Part shown: positions 37,163 to 46,741 of the stretch, one piece after another | How the letters are laid out: every line of letters starts with the position of its first letter | Numbering within the stretch: the first letter of the stretch is position 1 | Assembly: GCA_905205145.1 (NCBI GenBank) | Contig: CAJLCM010000001.1 | Location: 2,403 to 66,402 of the forward strand | Origin: an uncultured Collinsella sp. | GTDB lineage: Bacteria > Actinomycetota > Coriobacteriia > Coriobacteriales > Coriobacteriaceae | Reading direction: 5' to 3' | Length of the DNA: 64,000 bases | Notes under the pieces: model-generated | What the model saw: only the letters and a program-made list of their open reading frames with translations | Told to the model about the DNA's origin: nothing | Databases searched by the model: none | Program-made: the position numbers and the translations under genes

Positions 37163-38629
37163 ATGAACGAAAACGAGCTGACCGGTCTGCTTGAGTCTTT
37201 AAGGCGTATGGGCTCGGATGATCTTAGCGTCGAAGTGAAGGAGAGCGCCACGACGCTTTCCCGCGACGTGTGGGAAACGGTGAGCGCATTCGCGAACACT
37301 GCCGGCGGAATCATCGTGCTCGGAGTGAGTGAGCGCGCAGGTTTTGTCCCGGTTGAGAACTTCGAGACCGAGAAAGTGCTCAACCAGTTTGTGGCAGGCA
37401 TGGGCGATGCCGGCGGCCGAGGAAAGCTGGCCAATCCGCCCAAATACACGATCGAGCGATTGGAGCTCCAGGGCGCCATTGTTCTCGTCATCACGATTGA
37501 GGAGCTCGACCCGTCGAGCAAGCCCTGCTATGTCATAGAGCGGGGCGCCCAGGGCGGCAGCTACAAACGCATCGACGACAAAGACGTGCCGCTTTCATCG
37601 ACCGAGGTTCTGTCCTTGTCGTCGTATGAACGAACGAGCCCCAGTGATCGTGATGCAGTGCCGGGTGCGGGTGTGGGAGACCTCGACGAGGCCCTGATTG
37701 ACCGCACGATAGAGCGTGCTTTCTCGCTGACGCCCCGAGCTATGCGCGGTGCGATGGACAAGAAAACAAAGCTGGAGCGCCTGAATTTCCTCGACTCCCG
37801 GGGTAATGTGACTAAGGCCGGGCTCCTGGCTGCGGGCATCTATCCTCAGCAGTTCTATCCCAAGCTCTTCATTGATGTGGCTGTCCACGTGGGAGCTCAA
37901 AAGGGAGCTGCGGGGTCGCTGAGGTTCATGGACCGCACAATCTGTGAGGGAACGTTGGGCGAGATGATCTCGGATGCCGTCGCAGCCGTCGCCAAGAATT
38001 TGCGGCGAACCTCGACCGTCCAAGGCGTCTCGCGTGTCGACTCGCTTGAGATTCCCGAGGAGGTTCTGCGCGAGGCAATCGCTAACGCCGTAATCCATCG
38101 AGAATACGGGGATCGGTTCTGTGGACAATCGATTGCCGTCGACGTCTTTGACGATCGTGTCGAGGTGACGAATCCTGGCGGCCTTTACGGGGGAAAGACT
38201 CGCGAGAACTTGTTTGACGGCAGCTCCCGATGCCGTAACGCGACGCTTGTGAAGCTCATGTCGATTGTCCCGCTGCCGGATGGCGCAGGTTCGCCGGCTG
38301 AGGGCAATGGCTCGGGCATCCCGATGATGATCGATGCCATGCGCGCGCATGGTCTGGCCGAGCCCCTGTTCTGCCCGGGATTCGATCGGTTCAAGGTCGT
38401 ACTTTACCGTTCAAAGATCGAGCCGGTCGATCATGGCGGGGGCTTAATTGTGACGGCACTCAAACACTACGGCGAGCTGGGGACGCGCGAGCTGGCAGAG
38501 CACACAGGGCTCACAATTTCCCAGGTTAGGTCGCGCGTCAACGCGCTCATTGCTCAAGGCGAGCTTGAGCCCACGGCGCCGGCGACGAGCCGCAACCGCA
38601 AGTATCGACTGTCGGAGCGCGTGGGATAG
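37163..38629 (+). CDS. AlbA_2 (Schlafen-like DNA-binding) plus HATPase_c_4 domain protein, a putative ATP-dependent DNA-binding/regulatory protein.
   Basis: N-terminal ..ESLRRMGSDDLSVEVKESATTLSRDVWETVSAFANTAGGIIVLGV.. matches AlbA_2. Central ..LREAIANAVIHREYGD.. matches HATPase_c_4. A C-terminal HTH-like tail is present. GC is lower than in flanking core genes. Confidence 0.7.
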   Translation: MNENELTGLLESLRRMGSDDLSVEVKESATTLSRDVWETVSAFANTAGGIIVLGVSERAGFVPVENFETEKVLNQFVAGMGDAGGRGKLANPPKYTIERLELQGAIVLVITIEELDPSSKPCYVIERGAQGGSYKRIDDKDVPLSSTEVLSLSSYERTSPSDRDAVPGAGVGDLDEALIDRTIERAFSLTPRAMRGAMDKKTKLERLNFLDSRGNVTKAGLLAAGIYPQQFYPKLFIDVAVHVGAQKGAAGSLRFMDRTICEGTLGEMISDAVAAVAKNLRRTSTVQGVSRVDSLEIPEEVLREAIANAVIHREYGDRFCGQSIAVDVFDDRVEVTNPGGLYGGKTRENLFDGSSRCRNATLVKLMSIVPLPDGAGSPAEGNGSGIPMMIDAMRAHGLAEPLFCPGFDRFKVVLYRSKIEPVDHGGGLIVTALKHYGELGTRELAEHTGLTISQVRSRVNALIAQGELEPTAPATSRNRKYRLSERVG

Positions 38630-38729
38630 ATGCGTTAGTGGACGAGGCGACCCAATAATCGACTCTCGATTGGCGTCCATTAAGGTAAAGCGGTTGTTGC
38701 CCAGTCGACGGTGATGCTAAAGACTCGGC

Positions 38730-39221
38730 TTACGCCGGCATGGCCCCGAACCCGTCCATCAAGAACAGCCTAAGAACCAGCTTGATGACATATCCCGGTT
38801 TGACTTCAGCCGTGCCAAAGACGCTGCGCTCGGCGAGCTCGCTGCAGTATGCATAGATGTCGCGGATAAGGTCCGCGCCCGAAAGCGTAAACATGTAGCC
38901 TGCGTCCGAAAGCGCATTGGGCGCGGCAGGCAACTTGGCCATGTGACAGAACGTTTGCAGGTCGGGCGCCATAACGTTCTGGTAGTCGAGGGGGCCGTTG
39001 GCATCCTGCGCGGCAAGCTCCAATTGGCGCACAAAATCCAGCGCCGCCGCTAACACAAAGCTCGGCGTAGGCGCATTGACGTCCTGAGTGGTCGCCACAA
39101 GCCTGCCCGCCGCCTGCGTGACAAGCCAAGCGACCTCGCGCTGGCAACGCACGGCCTTGCGCGTAACCGGCTTGATGGACGAAGAAGAAACGCTCCCCTT
39201 AGGCGGATTCGAAACAGCCAC
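38730..39221 (-). CDS. Hypothetical protein (163 aa) with no recognisable domain.
   Basis: An ORF with coding-like composition. It is divergent from the HNH gene, with its start codon only ~11 nt from the annotated HNH start. Confidence 0.35.
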   Translation of the reverse strand: MAVSNPPKGSVSSSSIKPVTRKAVRCQREVAWLVTQAAGRLVATTQDVNAPTPSFVLAAALDFVRQLELAAQDANGPLDYQNVMAPDLQTFCHMAKLPAAPNALSDAGYMFTLSGADLIRDIYAYCSELAERSVFGTAEVKPGYVIKLVLRLFLMDGFGAMPA

Positions 39222-39232
39222 AAGAACCTCCC

Positions 39233-40105
39233 ATGAACGACCCGGCCCAACAAGCCCGGATGAAACACGTGCTACATCAGTATACAGGGAAGTGGGGTAG
39301 CGGGGTACAAGCGCGCCAGCGGCAAACCGAGAGCATCAACGATGTGCCTCCGCTCTATTTGGACGATGGTACGTGGGTCATTAAGTACTCGGTTCAAGCG
39401 CCGGGTACCGTTGGTTTTCGAGACCAGAATTACAACCGTAAAATGCTCAACTGCATGGAATGTGGCGTTCCAGTCGGAGTCATATTTGCAACCGAGGTGG
39501 GCTACAAGGTGCTCGGCCTTGCGTTTGTTGAACGGTTCGAGTCCGAAAACGGATGGTTTGTTCTGCACGGTCCTGTTCATAAAGGCGGACCGGACCCTCG
39601 TTTTGCGCCCGACATGAGTTATCTGAAGCACATGCCCGTCGATATTGAGTTTGTCGGACAGGGTACGACCGACGACGAAAAGGCCCGCTATGCGTTAAGG
39701 CGCGAGCGATTGGGGCAGCAATGGTTCCGCAAGCAGCTCGTTGCCGCCTATGATGGCCGTTGCGCGGTGTCGGACTGCGGCGTCAGCGAAGCTCTGGAGG
39801 CTGCACATATCGAGAATTACTCGGGACCCAAATCGCAGGTTGCCAGCAACGGCATTCTGCTTCGGCGCGACTTACATGCTTTATTCGATGCTCATCTGAT
39901 TTCGTTTGAGCCTGTTTGCGGCGAATATCGGCTGTGCGGATCGTACCTGCTGGATAAGACCGACTACGCTTCCTTTGCGGGTGCGACGCTAAGGCAGCCG
40001 AATGAGCGTCAGTGGCGACCCAATACGGTGTTTCTTGAGGCCCATCGCATCGAGTTCGATCGCTCGGAAAAGAAGCGTGAAAAGGCGGGGCTTCTGCCGT
40101 ATTAG
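39233..40105 (+). CDS. HNH-family endonuclease with an unassigned ~150-aa N-terminal domain (putative modification-dependent / Type IV-like restriction nuclease).
   Basis: C-terminal zinc-HNH: ..DGRCAVSDCGVSEALEAAHIENYSGPKSQVASNGILLRRDLHALFDAHLISFEPVCGEYRLCG... The start may instead be ATG ~39260 (MKHVLHQ). Confidence 0.65.
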   Translation: MNDPAQQARMKHVLHQYTGKWGSGVQARQRQTESINDVPPLYLDDGTWVIKYSVQAPGTVGFRDQNYNRKMLNCMECGVPVGVIFATEVGYKVLGLAFVERFESENGWFVLHGPVHKGGPDPRFAPDMSYLKHMPVDIEFVGQGTTDDEKARYALRRERLGQQWFRKQLVAAYDGRCAVSDCGVSEALEAAHIENYSGPKSQVASNGILLRRDLHALFDAHLISFEPVCGEYRLCGSYLLDKTDYASFAGATLRQPNERQWRPNTVFLEAHRIEFDRSEKKREKAGLLPY

Positions 40106-40251
40106 CGTATTTGGCTTTGGCGGTCTTTGACGATCGTGTTGTTTGATCGGATCGCGTGGCGATGCAATCTCGCGCGCACTTGCTGGTGCATGCTCTTCCT
40201 GGTTTGAATAACGGGAAGGGAGCGAGCGTGAGCTGGCGAGGCGATATTGCG

Positions 40252-40512
40252 ATGGGGAAGTACGGAAAACTGCCGTGCGCCCTTATAGACAACAATATGT
40301 TTCCGAGCGTAGAGGTTGATTGCGGGTCGTTTGTCGTCACCTGCCCTTGCTGCGGCTCGCAAATACCGTGTCTCGACATTTGGTTCATCGATGCGCGCGA
40401 CAGACTCAGCGACGAAGTGAGGAAACGTATGGGCGTTCATATGCCGGTGTATCCGGAGAAATGCCCTGTTTGTGGCCTCGATATCGTGTACGACGCCGGC
40501 GACGAGGGATAG
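40252..40512 (+). CDS. Small Cys-rich (zinc-ribbon-like) hypothetical protein.
   Basis: Motifs CALIDN...CGSFVVTCPCCGSQIPC...CPVCGLDIV. The start is ambiguous (40156 or 40252). Weak coding evidence. Confidence 0.3.
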   Translation: MGKYGKLPCALIDNNMFPSVEVDCGSFVVTCPCCGSQIPCLDIWFIDARDRLSDEVRKRMGVHMPVYPEKCPVCGLDIVYDAGDEG

Positions 40513-40549
40513 GTGATGCGGAGGAGTTGGCTGTGAGTGTCTTTTGCCT

Positions 40550-41236
40550 CTACAAATAAACCCCCTCACCGAGTTGCCTGTGGAACTCGGCGTGATGGTC
40601 GCGTGCCCAGGTAAAGAGCGCCTGGTCAAAGTCGGTACGCGTGGCCGGGACGCCAAAGACGCCGGCAACTTCGACGCGTATAAACTCCAGTGCCGGCAGC
40701 TTGTTGATGGCAGTGAGGGCAAACGGGGACGAGGGCTCCTCGAACAGATAGCGGCTGCCTTGCAGCGCGTCGCAACTGGTGCACGTGTTGCTGAGCGACG
40801 GGGCTTTGGAGGCTCGCGCGCCTACGGGCTTGTAGCCGCAGCGCTTATGAAGGTAGTCACGGATCTCGCCCGGCACGCAGCCAAGAGCGGGCACGATGGC
40901 GAGTGCGTTGGCGTTGACCGTGTCGATGGCAATGTGTCCGGCTTCGTTGGGCGCGTGCGCGATGACGATGCTCTCGTCGTTATCGGTTCGATAGGGAATG
41001 CCGAAGGCCGCGACCGAGGTCTCTTTGTGACACTTCCAGCACTTGCGCTTGCCCAGTACTAGATATATATACGGCGCTGAGGGGTCGGATCGGTCAACAC
41101 CGGGCAGCCACTCGGCAAAGGGCTCGGGGTTGACGCCGCTAGGTACATACCAGATCTTCTTGGTCCGGTCCCATTTGGCGCCCAGCGCCTTGGCTTCTTC
41201 TTTGTGCGAAAAGGGGACATCGAGCTCGGTACGCAT
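40550..41236 (-). CDS. DUF5710-domain protein with a C-terminal CxxC zinc-finger region (plasmid/phage primase-associated N-terminal domain).
   Basis: MRTELDVPFSHKEEAKALGAKWDRTKKIWYVP.. matches the DUF5710 consensus. RBS AAGGAG plus ATG at ~41236. The upstream frame extension is rejected. Confidence 0.5.
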   Translation of the reverse strand: MRTELDVPFSHKEEAKALGAKWDRTKKIWYVPSGVNPEPFAEWLPGVDRSDPSAPYIYLVLGKRKCWKCHKETSVAAFGIPYRTDNDESIVIAHAPNEAGHIAIDTVNANALAIVPALGCVPGEIRDYLHKRCGYKPVGARASKAPSLSNTCTSCDALQGSRYLFEEPSSPFALTAINKLPALEFIRVEVAGVFGVPATRTDFDQALFTWARDHHAEFHRQLGEGVYL

Positions 41237-41477
41237 GGCGGCTCCTTGGTGCTGCAGGTGCAAGTGGCTCAAGGATACCGCAGGGTGTGGACGCTGTGGC
41301 GTTTTGCTGAGAAGTTGCGGCTCGGATGGGTTCGAGACGTGTTGGTCTCGGCCTCGGTGGCTATTGACGCGGTTTTGTGCATGGGCAGGGTGGTTGCTTG
41401 GGCGGTTGGAGCTGCCAGCTGATTTGGCGACATAAAACAAAACAGCCCAGAGACATAGCCTCTGAGCTGCGAACATT

Positions 41478-41552
41478 TGGTGGGCGTTAGAAGATTTGAA
41501 CTTCTGACCTCTTCCGTGTCAGGGAAGCGCTCTCCCCCTGAGCTAAACGCCC
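41478..41552 (-). tRNA. tRNA-Val (anticodon GAC), CCA-encoded.
   Basis: The reverse complement folds into a cloverleaf: acceptor GGGCGTT/AACGCCC, D-stem GCTC/GAGC, anticodon stem CTTCC/GGAAG with loop CTGACAC, T-stem AGAAG/CTTCT with TTCAAAT loop, discriminator A and CCA. Confidence 0.85.
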
Positions 41553-41841
41553 GATCAAGGGTGCGCAAGTGCGCAAGGGATAATATAACGGAGCCTGAAC
41601 TCGGTGGCAAGAACATTTTTAAAAATCGCTTACATTGTGGAATTCGGAGGCTTTGTCATATCCATTTCAAAAGAGTCTGCTGCCGCGATTTGGCTGTCGA
41701 CTAATGCAAGGCCATTGCGGTATCGAGCTATGGAAAGACGCCTGCGGAATTGTCCTACCGATAAGCGGACAAGCCTCAAGCTGGTGCCTTCGCCGTGGTA
41801 AGGTAAGCCGAATTGTTTCCAAGCTGCTTCGGGGGAGTGGA

Positions 41842-42864
41842 ATGAGCAAAGAGTGTGTCGAGCGGGTCGAAGGCGCAGGGGCTTCGGTGCCGATGACCGA
41901 TATATCGAACATAGATGTGCCCGAGGGCACCGATGAGCTCAGCCGCAACACCCGTCGCGCATGGCGCGACCGCCTGAACAGCGCTTCGACGCGCAAGATG
42001 ATCACGGGCGTCTTGGCTACGCTGGTGGGCGGTTCGTTTTGGGGCTTCTCGGGCACCAGCGCGAGCTTTCTGTTCGATACCTACCACGTCGACACCTTGT
42101 GGCTTATGAGCGTGCGTCAGATTCTCGCCGGTCTACTCTTTATGGCCGTAGTTGTTACGCGCGACCGCGAGCGCCTGATTAAGCTCTGGACCACACCCGC
42201 CGATCGCAAGCAGCTGCTGCTCTTTACCGCCTTTGGTCTGCTGTTCAACCAGTTTTGCTATCTTTCGGCCGTGCGCCTGACGAACGCCGGAACCGCGACG
42301 GTGCTCCAGTGCCTGCAGCTCGTTATCATCATGGGCTACACCTGCGTGATCGATCGCCGCATGCCGCGTACTCGCGAAGTCATCGGCATTGGCCTGGCTC
42401 TGGGTGGAACCTTTTTAATCGCCACCGGCGGCGACCCCACCAGCCTGAATATCTCGCCGCTTGGCCTGGCAGCAGGTCTTATGTGTGCGGTCAGCGCCGC
42501 GTGTATGGCGGTGATTCCCGCCAAGATCCTGCCCGAATACGGCAGCCCCATCGTCACGGGCTCGGCAATGCTCACGGCGGGCGTGATCTCATGTGTCTTC
42601 GTGCAGCCCTGGGCGCATATGCCGGCACTCGACGCTGCCGGCGTCGAGGCGCTCGCGGTGTTCGTGGTTATCGGCTCGTTTTTTGCTTACATGCTCTATA
42701 TGCAGGGCGTTAAGGACATCGGCTCGGTGCGTGCGAGTCTCATCGGAACCGTGGAGCCCGTCTCGGCGACCATCACCAGCGCCGTTATGCTGGGCACGGT
42801 GTTTTTGCCGACCGACCTTATCGGCTTTGTCATGATCATCGTGATGATGTTCCTCACGGTGTAG
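41842..42864 (+). CDS. DMT/EamA-family transporter.
   Basis: Ten predicted TM segments with two EamA-like repeats. ATG 41842 follows GGGGAGTGG. Confidence 0.65.
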   Translation: MSKECVERVEGAGASVPMTDISNIDVPEGTDELSRNTRRAWRDRLNSASTRKMITGVLATLVGGSFWGFSGTSASFLFDTYHVDTLWLMSVRQILAGLLFMAVVVTRDRERLIKLWTTPADRKQLLLFTAFGLLFNQFCYLSAVRLTNAGTATVLQCLQLVIIMGYTCVIDRRMPRTREVIGIGLALGGTFLIATGGDPTSLNISPLGLAAGLMCAVSAACMAVIPAKILPEYGSPIVTGSAMLTAGVISCVFVQPWAHMPALDAAGVEALAVFVVIGSFFAYMLYMQGVKDIGSVRASLIGTVEPVSATITSAVMLGTVFLPTDLIGFVMIIVMMFLTV

Positions 42865-43013
42865 CTGGCGCCGCCACCAAGACAGAAAAGGTGTTGTGCC
42901 GCATTTTCGCCAATTGATGTCCGTGTCTGGAGTTTAGCTGTCGATGCTCAAAATGCCATAAACTAGTAACGTTATGGACTTTTTCATTGCGACTCAATTG
43001 CGAGGATTTCTTT

Positions 43014-45326
43014 ATGGCTGGTAATCACTTTAAGGGTAGCGATAGCGGCCGCCCTGCAGTTCCGCCGCGTCCGAACGGGGCTGGTAAGGCCGGCACGCCG
43101 GGCGGCGCTGGACAGGGCGGTTCCGGTAAGCGCGTGTCCCCGGGCGAGACGGCGATGTTTACCGCTCTGTACGAGCAGTCTCAAAAGGCAAAAAAGACCG
43201 GCCGTGCAAGAGGGAATGTCTTTGCGGGCGGTGCAACCTCCACGTCGCAGCCGAGCGGGGCTCCTTCGGTACCCGCGAACAACGCAGGTGCTGCCAACGC
43301 CGCGAATGGCGCCGGCAACGTTAATGCCGGCAAGGCCGCCAACAATACTCCCTCTGCCGGTGGCGCGGGGCTTACGGGTAACCTTGGCACGATTTACACC
43401 GGCGCCTCCGAGACTGGCACGTTCGCCCGCCTGGATGATAGCGGTGCCGAGTTTGCGGGCTCGGGTTCCAAGGAAGATTATTACGATTTTGGCTTGAACT
43501 ACGGTAGCGACGCTTCGTCGAGTTCGACCTCTGACGGTCTGGTCCGTCATCGCCATCGCAAGGGCGAGCGCAAAAAGCGTCACACCGGCGCCATTATTGC
43601 CGCTGTAGTCGCGGTGCTTCTCGTTGCGCTTGGCGCAAGCGGCTTTATGCTGCTTAACTCGGCAAAGACCGTAAAGAGTGAAGCGAAGGAGGCTGTCGAG
43701 ATCGTCGGTGGCCTTAAGGACAAGGTCACGTCGGGCGATTTTTCGACGCTGCCTGACGACGCGAAGAAGATCGATGAGCTCTGCGACAGCATGAAGGCGG
43801 AGACCTCGAGCTCGCTGTGGACGGCGGCATCGTTTATCCCGGTGTATGGCAGTGACATCAACGCAGCCCGCACCATGATTGATGCCCTGTCCGATGTCTC
43901 GAGCAACGCGCTGGTTCCCATGGCCGATAACCTCTCGCAGGCCACGCCCGGCAAGCTGTTCCAGGACGGCATGATTAACGTGTCCGCGCTACAGGCGGTC
44001 GCCGATTCGCTTTCCAGCAGCTCGAAGGTGTTCAAGAGCGCCAACGAGAAGATCCAGGGCATTGGCGATACTCATATTTCCCAGGTGACCGAGCTGGTCG
44101 ATAAGGCCAAGGACGGTTTTGCCACCCTCAACGGCGCGGTTGACGCGGCGGAGAAGGTCGCCCCCGTCCTTCCCCAGATGCTCGGCGTCAACGGCCAGAC
44201 GCGCAACTACCTTATGTACGCCATGAACAACGTCGAGATTCGTGCTTGCGGCGGCTTTGGCGGTTCGCAGGGCCTGATTTCGGTCACAGACGGCCAGATG
44301 TCGATTGGCGAGTTTGTTCCCCGCATTGGACTCAGCGAGGATGAGGCAGTCGAGAGCGTCGACGAAGAGGATGAGGCGCTGTTCGGCAACCACAGTAACC
44401 TGTACAACTCGGGCAATACCTATTCGCCTGATTGGCCCCGCAACTCGCAGCGTGTCGCCGCGCTGTGGAAGTCCCAGTATGGACAGGACGTTGATGGCGT
44501 CATCGGTATCGACCCGGTGTTCCTGCAGTATCTGCTGGGCCTGGTCGGTAACGTGTCACTGCCCGACGGAACGGTTGTCGACGGCACCAACGCCGCAAAG
44601 GTCCTCATGCACGATGTGTACTGGAACTATCCGGTCGAGGAGTCTGACGGCATCTTTGCATCCGTCGCCAGCGCTGCCTTCGACAAGATCCTTGGCGGTA
44701 TCGGCGATGTCGATGTTACGAAGCTTGTCAGCGCCGTTGAGCGCGGTGCCGAAGAGGGCCGCCTGATCGCTTGGATGAGAAACGATGATGAGCAGAATGC
44801 CATCAAAGAGACGGGCATTGACGCTTCGCTGCCCGATCCGGATGATCCGAGTGCCGATCCCGTTGCCGGCGTTTACTTTAACAACCTGAGCTTCTCCAAG
44901 CTCGACTGGTATCTGAACGCCGACACGCAGATTGGCCAGGGCGTGAAGAACGGCGACGGCACGTGCTCCTATCGCATCACCGTTACCCTGACGAACATCA
45001 TGACGCAGGAGGAGGCCGGCAAGCTGCCCGACTACGTCGCGGCGAGCGCGCCCGATGCCGCGCGCGACGACGAGCGTCTGAATGTCTCACTGTTTGCCCC
45101 GACGGGCGGCAACATCAGTGACCTTACGGTTGAGGGCACCCAGTTTGGTCTTGGCGCCGCTACGTGGCATGGAATCCCCTTCTATTCGGGCACCGTTGAC
45201 CTGCATGCTGGCGAGACGACGACGATCACGTATACGCTGACCACGTCGGCTGAGGCGGGGGACAAGCCGCTTACATTGCGTCAGACTCCTACATGCCAGG
45301 CGGCTCGCGATAGCGCGTCGGCGTAG
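43014..45326 (+). CDS. DUF4012-domain membrane-anchored protein with a long Gly/Ala/Asn-rich disordered N-terminal region.
   Basis: A low-complexity N-terminus is followed by a TM helix (IIAAVVAVLLVALGASGFML) and a ~550-aa extracytoplasmic domain with ..NYLMYAMNNVEIRACGGFGGSQGLISV.. typical of DUF4012. Confidence 0.55.
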   Translation: MAGNHFKGSDSGRPAVPPRPNGAGKAGTPGGAGQGGSGKRVSPGETAMFTALYEQSQKAKKTGRARGNVFAGGATSTSQPSGAPSVPANNAGAANAANGAGNVNAGKAANNTPSAGGAGLTGNLGTIYTGASETGTFARLDDSGAEFAGSGSKEDYYDFGLNYGSDASSSSTSDGLVRHRHRKGERKKRHTGAIIAAVVAVLLVALGASGFMLLNSAKTVKSEAKEAVEIVGGLKDKVTSGDFSTLPDDAKKIDELCDSMKAETSSSLWTAASFIPVYGSDINAARTMIDALSDVSSNALVPMADNLSQATPGKLFQDGMINVSALQAVADSLSSSSKVFKSANEKIQGIGDTHISQVTELVDKAKDGFATLNGAVDAAEKVAPVLPQMLGVNGQTRNYLMYAMNNVEIRACGGFGGSQGLISVTDGQMSIGEFVPRIGLSEDEAVESVDEEDEALFGNHSNLYNSGNTYSPDWPRNSQRVAALWKSQYGQDVDGVIGIDPVFLQYLLGLVGNVSLPDGTVVDGTNAAKVLMHDVYWNYPVEESDGIFASVASAAFDKILGGIGDVDVTKLVSAVERGAEEGRLIAWMRNDDEQNAIKETGIDASLPDPDDPSADPVAGVYFNNLSFSKLDWYLNADTQIGQGVKNGDGTCSYRITVTLTNIMTQEEAGKLPDYVAASAPDAARDDERLNVSLFAPTGGNISDLTVEGTQFGLGAATWHGIPFYSGTVDLHAGETTTITYTLTTSAEAGDKPLTLRQTPTCQAARDSASA

Positions 45327-45409
45327 GGTTTTTCTGGTAGCGCAGATAATCGAGTACCATTTTGGGGCGGACAGGTAATCTGTCCGCCCCTATTTTGTAA
45401 GGAGAGCGC

Positions 45410-46741
45410 ATGAAGTACTTTGGCACCGACGGCTTTCGCGGTGAGGCCAACGCTGGGCTGACGGTAGAGCACGCTTATAAGATTGGCCGTTTTGTGGGCT
45501 GGTATTACGGCGCCAACCGCAGTGCTAAGGCGCGCGTTATCGTGGGCAAGGACACACGTCGCTCGAGTTATATGTTCGAGGCGGCGCTGGTGAGCGGTCT
45601 GGTCGCGAGCGGTGCGGACGCCTATATGCTGCACGTGATCCCCACGCCGGGCGTAGCGCATCAGACCGTGGAAGGCTGCTTCGATTGCGGCATCATGATC
45701 AGCGCGAGCCACAACCCGTTTTGCGATAACGGCATTAAGCTCGTCAATAGCGACGGTTTTAAGATGGACGAGGACGTACTGGAGCTCATCGAGGACTACA
45801 TCGATGGCAAGAGCGAAGTTCCGCTGGCCACGGGCAACCACATCGGTGCCACGGTGGACTACATGCAGGGCCGCAACCGCTACATTGCTTCGCTCATTGC
45901 AAGTGCGAACTTTTCGCTGCAGGGCGTCAAGATCGGTATCGACTGCGCCAACGGCTCGGCTTCCTCGGTGGCCAAGCCGGTGTTCGACGCGCTCGGTGCC
46001 GACGTGCGCGTGATCAACGCCGCGCCCGATGGCTTTAACATCAACGTCGACTGCGGCTCCACGCATATGGAGCGCCTGCAGCGCCATGTGGTGGAGCAGG
46101 GCCTGGATGTGGGCTTTGCCTATGACGGCGATGCCGATCGCTGCTTGGCCGTGGACGAGCGCGGTCGCGTGGTAGACGGCGACCAGATCCTGTACGTGTG
46201 CGGCGTGTATCTGAACAAGCACGGGCGACTCTCGGGCGGTACCGTGGTGCCGACGATTGCCAGCAACTTTGGCCTGGTCAAGTCGCTGGAGCTTGCCGGT
46301 CTGAGCGCCGTGACCAGCGGCGTGGGCGACCGTCACGTGTATGCCAAGATGCGCGAGGGCGGCTACAGCCTGGGTGGCGAGCAGACGGGCCATACGATCT
46401 TTGGCGATATCGAGCGCACGGGCGACGGCATTATGACCTCGCTGCGCGTGATGGAAGTGATTCGTGCCGAGCGCGAGACGCTCTCGCAGCTCACGGCTCC
46501 GTGCAAGCTGCTGCCGCAGGCGCAGGTGGCCGTGCACGTGGCGGACAAGGACGCCGCGCTCGAGAACATGGGCGTGCAGAACGCCATCGCCGAGGCCGAG
46601 GCCGCGCTGGCAGGCGAGGGCCGCGTACTGGTGCGCAAGAGCGGAACCGAGTCGGTTATCCGCGTGCTGGCCGAGGCGCCCGACCAAGCATCCGCCGATG
46701 CCGCCATGAAGCGCATCGCAAGTGCTCTGGAGGCTCTTTAG
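45410..46741 (+). CDS. glmM: Phosphoglucosamine mutase.
   Basis: MKYFGTDGFRGEAN N-terminus, the active-site Ser loop GIMISASHNPFCDNGIKL, the metal-binding DGDADR motif and a sugar-binding GEQTGH-like loop. Confidence 0.85.
   Translation: MKYFGTDGFRGEANAGLTVEHAYKIGRFVGWYYGANRSAKARVIVGKDTRRSSYMFEAALVSGLVASGADAYMLHVIPTPGVAHQTVEGCFDCGIMISASHNPFCDNGIKLVNSDGFKMDEDVLELIEDYIDGKSEVPLATGNHIGATVDYMQGRNRYIASLIASANFSLQGVKIGIDCANGSASSVAKPVFDALGADVRVINAAPDGFNINVDCGSTHMERLQRHVVEQGLDVGFAYDGDADRCLAVDERGRVVDGDQILYVCGVYLNKHGRLSGGTVVPTIASNFGLVKSLELAGLSAVTSGVGDRHVYAKMREGGYSLGGEQTGHTIFGDIERTGDGIMTSLRVMEVIRAERETLSQLTAPCKLLPQAQVAVHVADKDAALENMGVQNAIAEAEAALAGEGRVLVRKSGTESVIRVLAEAPDQASADAAMKRIASALEAL

Noticed and set aside
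39233-39259. Exact start codon of the HNH gene (39233 versus 39260).
   Set aside because: Starts at 39233 on the plus strand and 39221 on the minus strand would leave only 11 bp for two divergent promoters. Neither start could be confirmed from sequence alone. Coordinates are reported with the longer ORF and the ambiguity is flagged.
36824-41477. Calling the tRNA-Val-adjacent segment an intact prophage, ICE or integrative element.
   Set aside because: No integrase/recombinase, no terminal direct repeat of the tRNA 3' end, and no structural or conjugation genes were detected. It is described only as a probable decayed island.
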